Below are positions 53,955 to 63,846 of a DNA stretch of 64,000 bases, one piece after another. This stretch comes from an uncultured Chloroflexia bacterium (GTDB lineage Bacteria > Chloroflexota > Anaerolineae > Anaerolineales > UBA4823). Every line of letters starts with the position of its first letter. The first letter of the stretch is position 1. Position numbers and translations under genes: made by a program. The DNA lies in contig CAWBGK010000020.1 of NCBI GenBank assembly GCA_963788305.1, forward strand, positions 81,390 to 145,389, written 5' to 3'. The notes beneath the pieces were generated by a model. The model worked only from the letters and a program-made list of their open reading frames with translations. It was not told the DNA's origin and ran no database searches.

Positions 53955-56900
53955 ATGCCATTCAAAGAAGTGCCGACGAAGGTCGATTTCCCTGCCCAGG
54001 AGCGCGAGCTGCTGCGCTTCTGGCACGAGACGGACGCCTTCACCAAGCTCAGAAAAATCCACGCTGACGACCCGCACTGGTCGTTCATCGACGGTCCGAT
54101 CACCGCCAACAATCCGATGGGCGTCCACCACGGCTGGGGACGCACCTACAAGGACCTCTACAACCGCTTCTACACGATGACCGGCCGCAAGCTGCGCTAC
54201 CAGAACGGCTTCGACTGCCAGGGTTTGTGGGTCGAGGTCGAAGTCGAGAAGGCCAAAGGCTTCACCAGCAAGAAGGACATTGAAGAATTCGGGCTGGACA
54301 ACTTCGTGCGCATGTGCAAGGCCCGCGTCCTGCGCTACGCCGCCGTCCAGACCGAGCAGTCCGTCCGCCTGGGCTACTGGATGGACTGGAACGATCCGGA
54401 CGAGCTGCGTATGCTTGCCGACCTGATCGAGACCGATCCGCTGAAGGTCATCACCGTTCAGCGCCCTGAAGGCCCGTTCACTGAAACAGTCGAGCAGATC
54501 ATCGGTCAGCTCGGGCTTAAAGACCTGGCCGGGAGCTACTTCACGTTCTCGAACGAGAACAACTATATGATCTGGACCTTCCTCAAAAAGTGCTGGCAGA
54601 AAGGCTGGCTGTTCCGCGGCGTCGATGTGATGCCGTGGTGCCCGCGCTGCGCGACCGCGATCAGCCAGCACGAGATCGTCACCGACGGCTACGCCGAGCT
54701 GACCCACCGCAGCGTCACCCTGCGCTTCCCGCTGCTGGGGCACGAAAGAATCCCTGTTGGTTTGGACCACCACACCCTGGACGTTGAGCAGCAATGTCGC
54801 GGCCGCAGTCGGCCCTAACCTGATCTACTGCAAGGTCCGCCAGGGCGACGAAGTCTTCTACCTCTCGAAGGGTACGCTCCACATGCTTCGTGGCCCGTAT
54901 CAGCTGCTCGAAGAGCTGAACGGCTCGCAGATGGTCGGCTGGACTTATTCCGGTCCGTTCGACGACCTGCCCGCCGAACAGGAAATCGGCGGCCACACCG
55001 TCCTGAAAGAGCTGGCTCGCGACGTCAAATTCAGCGCCGTCCAGTCTCACCAGGTGATCCCGTGGAATGAGGTCGGCGAGACAGAAGGCACAGGGATCGT
55101 CCATATCGCCCCTGGCTGCGGCGCCGAAGACTTTCAGCTCGGCAAACTGCACCATTTCCCGTTGGTCGCCCCGCTGGACGAAGAAGGCCATTTCGTTGAA
55201 GGATTCGGCTGGCTGAGCGGGCGGCATGTCAGCGAGATCGCCGACCCGATCTTCGAAAATCTGCAGCAGAAGGGCCTCCTCTATCAGGTCGAGCCCTACA
55301 CCCACCGATACCCCACCTGCTGGCGCTGCAAGACCGAGCTGGTCTTCCGGCTTGTCGACGAATGGTTTATCAGCATGGGCGAGACCTACGATAAGCCGCG
55401 CGAAGAGCTGACCTTCGAAGAAAAAGAGCGCAGCCTGCGTTACCAGATCATGGACGTGGTCGACCAGATCCGCTGGATTCCCGAGTTCGGCTACTCCCGC
55501 GAGATGGACTGGCTTCGCAACATGCACGACTGGATGCTCAGCAAGAAGCGCTACTGGGGGCTGGCCCTGCCTTTCTGGATCTGCGAGAAGTGCGGTGAGT
55601 ACGAGGTGATCGGCGACGAACACGAGCTTGAAGCGCGCGCCATCGAAGGCTGGGAGGCATTCGCAGGGCACACACCCCACCGCCCCTTCATTGATTCTGT
55701 CAAGCTCGAGTGCCCGCACTGCAAAGGCCGGATGAACCGCATCCTGGATGTCGGCAACCCCTGGCTGGACGCCGGGATCGTCTCGTTCAGCACCCTCCGC
55801 TACCGCACCGATCCAGATTACTGGCGCTCCTGGTACCCCGCCCACTGGATCAGCGAGTTCGTTCCCAGGCCAGTTCCGCAACTGGTTCTACAGCCTGCTC
55901 GCGATGGCGACCGTGATCGACCGCAGTGCGCCGTTCCTCGAAAACTTCGGATACGGAACCCTGCTGGCAGAAGACGGGCGCCCGATGCACAAGAGCTGGG
56001 GCAATATGATCGAGTTCAACGAGGCCGCCGACAAGATGGGCGTCGACGTGATGCGCTGGCTCTACTGCGCCCACAAACCCGAAAACGACCTGATCTTCGG
56101 CTACAACCGCGGCGACGAAGCCCGGCGCTCCTTCTTGATCCCGCTCTGGAACGCCTACAGCTTCCTGGCGACATACGCCAACCTGGACAATTGGTCTCCA
56201 GCAGAGGATGAAGTCAGTCCCCGCTCTGCGAAAGGGGAAGAGCGCAGAGGGTTTCGATCCGCATAACCCTGAAGGTCCCACGCCTCACAGCGAAAACCTG
56301 CTCGACCGCTGGGTGCTTGCTCGCCTGAACCAGGTCATCCCGCTCGTCTCGGAGGCCCTGGCGAATTCCGATTCGAACACCGCCACAGGCTACATCGCCG
56401 CCTTCCTGGACGACCTGACCAACTGGCACATCCGCCGCAGCCGCCGCCGCTTCTGGAAGAGCGAGCACGACGGCGATAAAAACGCTGCCTATGCCACCCT
56501 TTACCACGTGATGGTAAAGTTCGCCCGCCTGCTGGCGCCCTTCATTCCGTTTGTCACCGAGGCGATCTACCAGAACCTGGTGCGCTCGGTCTATCCGGAT
56601 GCCTTTGAAAGCGTCCACCACACCGCCTGGCCGGCCGCCGACTTTGATGCGGTCGATCCTGAGCTGCTCGAGCAGATGGACGTCGCCCGCCAGGTGGCCA
56701 GCCTGGGGCTCGCGGCTCGCAACAGCGCCGGGCTGAAGGTCCGCCAGCCGCTCGCCCGCGCTCTCGCATACGCCGGCGGTCGGAGCACGCTGCGGCCCGA
56801 GCTGGTCGAGATCGTCGTCGACGAGCTGAACGTCAAACAGCTCGAGTTCGTCGAGCAGGCCAGCCAGCTTGTCCGGTATCACGTATTGCCTGACAACAAG

Positions 56901-57408
56901 CTGCTCGGCCCGCGTTTCGGCGCCCGCTTCCCCAGGGTGCGCCTCGCGCTTCAGGCCGCCGACCCGGGCGCCGTCGCCGCGAGCGCCGCAGCCGGACAGC
57001 CCTTCGTCCTGGACGTGGATGGAGAGCAGGTCGAGCTTGCCCCGCAGGAGATCCTCATCCAGACCCAGCCCGCCGAAGGGTTGGCCGTCGCGTTCGATAA
57101 GCTGGCCACCGTGGCAGTCGATTTCGGCGATCACCCCCGAGCTGCGCGCCGAAGGCCTCGCCCGTGAAGTCGTCCGCCGCATCCAGGCGATGCGAAAGGA
57201 TGCCGGGTTCGAAATCTCCGACCGGATCACCACCTGCTATCAAACTTCCGGTGAATTCCTCGAGATTTTCAAGGATTGGGCGGACTATATCAAGGCCGAG
57301 ACGCTGACGACCGATCTGGTCGAAGGCGAGCCGCCTGCCGGCGCTTACCGCGAGACCCAGCAGGTGGAGGGACAGCAGATCACCTTAGGAGTGATGCGCA
57401 AGGGATAA
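53955..57408 (+). CDS. ileS: Isoleucine--tRNA ligase (type 2), split by four indels
   Basis: GPITANNPMGVHH, WTTTPWT, GTGIVHIAPGCGAED, PMHKS, NWHIRRSRRRFW; indels near 54745, 55860, 56250, 57122; Ile T-box upstream. Confidence 0.95.
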
Positions 57409-57412
57409 TCCA

Positions 57413-58443
57413 ATGAGCGCTGACGTTTTCGAACAGATCCGTTCGAACCTGCTTGAAAAGCGGGCCAACTTGACCGAATGGCTCGAGGCATCGTCCAGCA
57501 GGTGAACGCGAGCTCCGCCTGGGAATCTGCTGGCGAGCAAGCCGTTCATACCCACCTGGCCGCCATCGATCAATCTCTGGAGAACGCCGCTTGCGGCGAG
57601 CTGGGATGCTGCCAGGTCTGCCACGAAGTGGTCGATACCCGCCTGCTTCAGATGGATTACACCTCCTGCATCTGCCTTGAGCATTTCTCTGAAGAAGAAG
57701 CCCGCAGCCTGGAGCAAGAGCTTGAGCTTGCCCAGACGGTGCAAAAATCGCTGCTTCCCCAGCATGGCCCGGACACCCCTTACCTGGAAGCGGCCGCCTT
57801 CAGCCGCCCGGCCCAGGTGATCGGCGGTGATTATTTTGATTTCTTTCAGTTCGGGGATGGCTCGCAGGGTCTGGCGGTTGCGGATGTCGCCGGTCACGGC
57901 ATCTCTGCCGCCCTGCACATGGCCAGCGTCCAGGCGCTTCTGCGCACACTGATCCCCACCAGCAGTAGACCGGAAGAAGTGGTCAACCACATCCACAGGC
58001 TGCTTATCCATAATATTCGTTTTTCAAATTTTGTCACGATATTCCTGGCAAAATACGACCCGGTCGCCCACCTGCTGCGTTATGCCAACGCCGGGCATAA
58101 CCCCCCGCTCCTGGTCGGAGCTGACAATGGTCGATTTTCGTTGGAGTGGCTCCGCCCCACCGGCGCGGCGGTTGGCTTGCTCGAAGAATCCCTTCAGCAG
58201 GAGCGGAGCATCCCAACCCATTCCGGCGACTTCCTGGTGATGTACACAGACGGCGTCACCGAAGCGATGAACACCGCCGGTGATCAGTTCGGCTACCAGC
58301 GGCTTGCGGAGACGGTCAGCCGGGGCGTGAAAGGCTCGGCAAGTGAGATGGTTCAGGCGATTCGCCAGGAGCTTGTCGAATTCAGCGGTCCGGAACCGCT
58401 GGCAGACGATGCAACCATCCTGGTTTGCCGGCTGTTGGGCTGA
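57413..58443 (+). CDS. DksA/TraR-type zinc finger fused to SpoIIE/RsbU-type PP2C phosphatase (indel near 57500)
   Basis: IDQSL....GELGCCQVC-x17-CLEH; then GGDYFD, ADVAGHG, NAGH, YTDGVTE, DDAT. Confidence 0.88.
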
Positions 58444-58516
58444 TCAATCAGCGGCATTCCCAGGAAAGTGGATCTCCTGGTGCTCGCATCCTGAATGACG
58501 ACCTGCGATATACTTG

Positions 58517-58556
58517 AAGCGGCGCCTCCGTCCGGTGCGCCGCTTTTTGATAGAAT
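58517..58556 (+). terminator. Intrinsic terminator followed by an extended -10 element
   Basis: AAGCGGCGC...GCGCCGCTTTTT, then TGATAGAAT 17 nt before ATG 58574. Confidence 0.65.
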
Positions 58557-58573
58557 CCTGTCCAGGCAACCTG

Positions 58574-61500
58574 ATGTACAAACCCGTTCCACCCAAATAC
58601 AACCCTGTTCTGCAATGAAGAGCAGATTCTTAATTTCTGGAAGCTGCGCCGGATTTTTGCCAAAACCAGCGAGCTTCACCAGGGCAGCGCCGAATTTTCT
58701 TGCTTCGAATACCCTTCATCCGCAACCATCAAGCCCGCTGTGAGCGATATCCAGCCGCAGGCAGTTGCAAGATGTCTATCTTCGCTACCGGCTGATGCGC
58801 GGCTACCACGTCGATAAACGCAGCAGCTGGGGGGCTCACGGGCTGCCGGTCGAGATCGCAGTCGAGAAACAGCTGGGCATCCGTTCCAAAAGCCAGATCG
58901 AAGCCTATGGGATCGATCGATTTAACGCTCTTTGCCGGTCTTCAGCCTTCAAACACATCCAGGCCTGGGAGCGCTTCGCTGACAGGCTCGCATCCTGGAC
59001 GGATATGCAGAAAGCCGGCGTCACTTCTGCGAGCGAAATGATCGAATCTACCTGGTGGATCCTGAAGACATTCTGGGAGCGCGGTTATCTGGTTCAAAGC
59101 CTTCAGGTCGCTCCGTATTGCCCTCGCTGCGGCACTCCGCTTTCAAGGCATGAGGCCTCCCTCGGCAGCCGCCTAGCAGACGACAGGGCTGTTCTCGTGC
59201 GCATGCCGCTTGTCGACGAGCCTGGGACCTCCCTGCTGGTCTGGACAGACCAACCCTGGACGCTGGTCGGCAGTGTGGCTGTCGCCGCCGATCCCGAAGC
59301 AGAATATGCCCTCGTCCGCCGCGGGCTCCCCGAGGGCGGCTCTGAAAAATTGATCGTGGCCCGCCACCTGGTCGAAAAGGTCTTTGCGGACCAACCAGTC
59401 GCGGTCCTCGAGACGTTCAAAGGCAAGAAGCTCAAAGGCAGGCGCTATCACCCGCTGTTCACCTTCCTTCATCCGCAGAAGCCGGCCCATTTTGTCATCC
59501 TGCAGGATAATCCTGTTCTGGAATCAGGGTCAGGTCTGGTCAGCATTGCGCCAGCTTTTAGCGGGGATGGGTTGAAGGCTGCGATCAATAATGACCTGCC
59601 GATTCTGATGACCGTCGCAGAAGACGGCGCCTTTATTCCCGAAATTCGCCCCTGGAGCGGTCAATTCGTCAAAGACGCCGAGCCATTGATCGTCGAAGAG
59701 CTGCAGCGGCGCGGGCTGCTCTTTAGCGAAGAAACCATCACGCATTCCACGCCATTTTGCTTGTATTGCGGTTCTGCTCTTCTCCACGTTGCCCGAAATG
59801 TCTGGTCGATCCGCCTCGGCGAGCACGCAGAGCGGTTGATCCAGCTGAATCAGCAGTCCCATTTCGTCCCCTCTCATTCCAGGAATCTCGGCCTCAAAGG
59901 CTGGATCGATGGCGATGCAGAATGGATCATCAGCCGCGAGCGCTTTTGGGGTACTCCGCTCCCCATCTGGGAATGCCCCCTCTGCCGCAGCCAGATTGCC
60001 GTCGGCTCGCTCGAGGAGCTTTCCAGGTTAGCCGGACGCAGTTGTGCTCTCGATGATCTGCACAGGCCGTACATCGATCAAATCCAGATTCCGTGCCCCA
60101 AATGCAGCGGCATGATGAAGCGGGTCCCTGATGTGGTTGACTATTGGTTTGATTTCGGCTCGATCCCAGCTGCCCAGTGGCATTTCCCATTTGAAAACCG
60201 CCCGGAATTCCGCGCCCATTTCCCGGCCAATTTCATCTGCGAAGCTGCCGAGCTCGATCAAAGCTGGTTCTATTCGCTCCAGGTTGTCAGCGCCTTGCTC
60301 TTCGACAGCATAGCCGTTCAAAACATCATCCGCATCGGCCCGGTTTCATTCCTTGAGAGTGAAAAAACTTCCATATCTCCTGAGAAATTTGCCGATCCCT
60401 GGGAAACCCTGAACCAGCACGGTGCTGACGCCCTTCGCTGGCATTTCTATACCGCTTCGGGCCCTGGTCAAGCAGTCCCTTTCTCACCCGATCTGGTCGG
60501 GGTCATAACCCAGGAGTTTTTTCAGAAACTCTGGGACATCTACGCGTTCTTTATCACCCTCGCCAACCTTGACCAATTCAATCCCACCCTGCCAGCAAGC
60601 AGTGATGTTGACGACATTTCTCCCCCTCTCCCCATGGGAGGAACTCAGGGATGCCAGCCCTCCCACTCTCTTCTTGGGAGTGACACCAGCGATCACATCT
60701 CTCCCCCTCTCCTCATGAGAGTAACGCCCGGGATGCCAGCCCTGCCCACTCTCTTCTTGGAAGTGACGCCAGCGACGACATTTCTCCCCCCTCTCCCCAT
60801 GAGAGTAACGCCCGGGATGCCAGCCCTCCCCACTCTCTTCTTGGGAGTGACGCCAGCAATAACATCTCTCCCCCCTCTCCCCATGGGAGAGGGGCCGGGG
60901 GTGAGGGCTTCCTCCTCGACCGCTGGCTGCTCTCGGAGCTCAGCATCCTGATTCGCGATTCTAACCCAGGCATTCGAAGCCTACGATGTGACAGGTCGCA
61001 GCAGTTCTGATCCAAAACTTCGTAGATGACATGTCCCAATGGTACCTGCCTCGCTCCCGCCGCCGGTTCTGGAAGCGCGGCCTGGATGCAGCCTTGAATT
61101 CGGCGTACACTACGCTTCACACGACGCTGCTCAGCCTCGCTCACCTGCTTGCCCCGGCCGTGCCCTTCCTGGCAGAGGTCCTCTACCAAAACTTGCAGCG
61201 CACAATCGACCCGGCCGCTCCCGAATCGGTCCACCTGAGCCGCTGGCCAAAATTTGATCCGGAGAGAATCGACGAAAGGCTCAATGCCGAGATGCGGCTG
61301 GCGATGAGACTCGCCTCATTGGGTCATTCTGCCCGAAATCAGGCCGGGGTAAAAGCTGCTCAGCCTCTGCAGGAAATCGTATTTCAAATGGCAAGTGAAG
61401 ATGAGGCCGGGGCTATGCAGCGGTACAGAGACCTGGTTGCCGATGCGTTGAGCGTCAGGCAGGTGCGCCTGCTCGGCGAAACAGCCTTCCATCGGTTCAT

Positions 61501-61903
61501 CGCCGCTCAGGAGTTGGAGCTCAAGCCAGATGAAGTGGAAATTCCGCTCCTCGACCTGCCTGGATTTGCAGCCGCCGCAGACGGCGGCTATCAGGCAGCC
61601 CTGACCACCGCGCTGACTCCGGCCTTGATCCGTGCCGGGCTGGTCGGCGAAGTGATCCAGCGCATCCTGGACCTGCGGGTCAAAGCCGATCTTGCCATCA
61701 CCAGCCCGATCGTGGTCTTCATAACGGCAACGCCCGGGCTGTGGGATGCAGTCCAGGAAGGCCGCGAGCTCCTCCAGGGCGAGACGAACGCAGCAGAAAT
61801 AATTCAAGATAAGCCTCCCGAAGGAGTTCAAGTTGCTGAAGCCTGGTTCGGCGGGCACTGGTTGAAAATGGGCATTTCTATACCTTCACAAAATTCTCAA
61901 TAG
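58574..61903 (+). CDS. Full-length IleRS-like protein with degenerate HIGH, KMSKS and editing motifs (candidate pseudo-synthetase), split by indels
   Basis: Colinear with IleRS2 (HGLPVE, PYCPRC, ISRERFWGTPLP, GADALRW, RSRRRFW) but AVSD, KTSIS, WTDQPW and APAFSGDG at the catalytic motifs. Confidence 0.85.
60610..60907 (+). repeat. Intragenic higher-order tandem repeat (3 x ~84 bp, each two related 42-mers) ending in a CCCCTCTCCC...GGGAGAGGGG palindrome
   Basis: Units 60610-60690, 60691-60773, 60774-60857; terminal CCCCTCTCCCCATGGGAGAGGGGCCGGGGGTGAGGG. Confidence 0.9.
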
Positions 61904-61935
61904 ACTGTCACACCTGCGCATCGGCCGGTGTTTAT

Positions 61936-62541
61936 ATGTTAATGAACACCGCAGCCCAGGAACCCTGGAATACCATGACCCCTCCCCGCTGGCTGGCTTC
62001 GATCTTCACCCCGCAGAACAAACCAGTCGAGCTCGAAGCTGGACGCTTTGAAGAGCTGTTCGAGCAAAACTGGGAGCCTGTCTGCAGGCTGCTCTTCCGC
62101 CTTCTCGGCGATTGGGATGAAGCCGAAGACCTGGCGTTGGAAGTGTTTCTCGAGCTGCATCGCAATCCCCCGCGCGAAAACCAGAACCTCCCCGGCTGGC
62201 TGTACCGGGTGGCGCTGAACCGGGGATTGAACGCGCTGCGCGCCCGAGATCGACGCCGCCGCTACGAGCAGCAGTCCGGCCTGGAATCTCTCAGGGCTGC
62301 CGCTTCCGCCGATCCTGCCCAGGATGTTGAGCGCAAGCTGGAAGGCGAGTTTGTTCGTGCTGCATTGCAGAAGATCAAGCCGCGCTCAGCCCGATTGCTG
62401 CTCTTGCGCTATTCCGGGCTCTCGTATGCAGAGATTGCTGCGGCGCTGGACCTGGCGCCCGGCTCGGTTGGCTCCTTGCTGGCTCGAGCAGAACAAGAAT
62501 TCGAAAGGGTCTACAGCCGCAGAAAGGAAGGGATGGGATGA
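61936..62541 (+). CDS. ECF sigma-70 factor
   Basis: AEDLA.EVF, WLYRVALN, GLSYAEIA..L....GSV...L.RA. Confidence 0.95.
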   Translation: MLMNTAAQEPWNTMTPPRWLASIFTPQNKPVELEAGRFEELFEQNWEPVCRLLFRLLGDWDEAEDLALEVFLELHRNPPRENQNLPGWLYRVALNRGLNALRARDRRRRYEQQSGLESLRAAASADPAQDVERKLEGEFVRAALQKIKPRSARLLLLRYSGLSYAEIAAALDLAPGSVGSLLARAEQEFERVYSRRKEGMG

Positions 62542-63731
62542 ATTGAAATATTGAGCACCTCACCGAAGGTCAAATCCGGGCTTATCTCGACCGCAGCCTT
62601 GAAGATCCAGATTTGATCCGAATCGAACGCCATCTTACAGACTGTTTGAGCTGCCGCACGGCCTCGGAGTCAGTTCTTGAAACGTCGCAGCGGATACAAA
62701 GCCATTTTTCCCGGTTGGACCCCAATCCAGGGTCGGATCATCCAAAATCCCTGACATCTGTCCGCTCCATTCTTGAAAACCGGATGGAATTAGAAAAGGA
62801 GAAACAAATCATGAAACCAAATGCTATCCAGCGCATTCCGCCTCCCGCATGGGTCGCCTTGGGGCTGGTCGTCGTCCTGGCCGTCGCATTGACCTTCCAG
62901 CCTGTCCGCGCCCTCGCGGAGGATTTCCTGGCGCTCTTCCGGGTCGAGCAGATCCGCGTCGTCCAGGTCAATTCGGAAAAGAGCCCGGATAAATTGGAGA
63001 GCTCCTCCAACCTGGAATATATCCTCTCCAACCAGGTCCAGCTGGAAGAGCAAGGCGAGACTCAGCAAGCGGCCGACCTCGCTGAAGCCACGGCGCTGGT
63101 AGGCTTCACGCCCCGCCTGCCGGTTGAAATCGAAGGCGAGCCGGAATTTACTGTTCATCCCGCTGGAAATTTGAGCCTGGTCGTGGACCTCGAGCTGGTG
63201 CGGGCTGTGCTTAAGGACATCGACCGCGAGGATATAAAGCTCCCGGACGAGCTCGACGGCGCGGTTGTTCAGGTCCGCATCCCGGCCAGCCTGTCCGCAT
63301 CCTTCGGCGATTGTATTTTCAGAGCCTACCCTGCTCCTGTTGACCCGGACGAACCCGAGGCGGAAGAGTGGGATTTTCGGAGCTGCACCAAACTGATGCA
63401 GGTCCCCAGCCCGGCCGTCTCAGCCCCACCGGACCTTGACCTGAACCAGATCGGCGAAGCCTATCTCCAGTTGTTTGGGATGGACGCCGAAGAAGCTGCC
63501 TCCTTTGCCCGCAGCGTGAACTGGACGACCACCTTCGTTATTCCGCTCCCGCGCTACGACGCCGATTATGAAGAAGTCCAGGTCGATGGAGTCAGCGGCA
63601 CATTGATCTATGACTACGGCATGGCAAACGAGAACTATACCCTGATCTGGATCAAAGACGGGTTCATTTATGCCCTGAGTGGCTGGGGAGGCCGTTCCGC
63701 AGCCTTGAAGATCGCCGGCTCAATCCAATAG
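62538..63731 (+). CDS. Zinc-finger (HxxxCxxC) transmembrane anti-sigma factor
   Basis: HLTEGQIRAYLD...HLTDCLSC, one TM, extracellular domain ending LIWIKDG; ATG 62538 has an in-frame TGA at codon 3 (probable error). Confidence 0.85.
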
Positions 63732-63797
63732 ACATCCAGTCAAAGATCGGGTATAACCAGGGGTGCATGCCTCTGATAATACCCAACCATGGACATC

Positions 63798-63825
63798 ACC
63801 GGGGCGCAGAAATTTGCGCCCCGGT
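63798..63825. other. GC-rich intergenic hairpin
   Basis: ACCGGGGCGCA-GAAATT-TGCGCCCCGGT, no T-tract. Confidence 0.6.
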
Positions 63826-63846
63826 TGACTTGGAACCCTTTCAACC

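Noticed and set aside
53808-57233. Long minus-strand ORFs (328, 388, 339 aa) opposite ileS
   Set aside because: Shadow ORFs caused by strong GC3 codon bias of ileS; no recognisable motifs.
53955-57408. Programmed frameshifting or a naturally split ileS
   Set aside because: Four shifts without consistent slippery sites, at the same density as in unrelated genes; assembly error is simpler.
60610-60907. Repeat array as CRISPR
   Set aside because: No unique spacers; contiguous degenerate 42/84-bp units inside a CDS; no cas genes in the window.
62538-62560. In-frame TGA at codon 3 of the anti-sigma as selenocysteine or readthrough
   Set aside because: Not at a Cys-equivalent position and no evident SECIS hairpin; likely a base error or alternative start.
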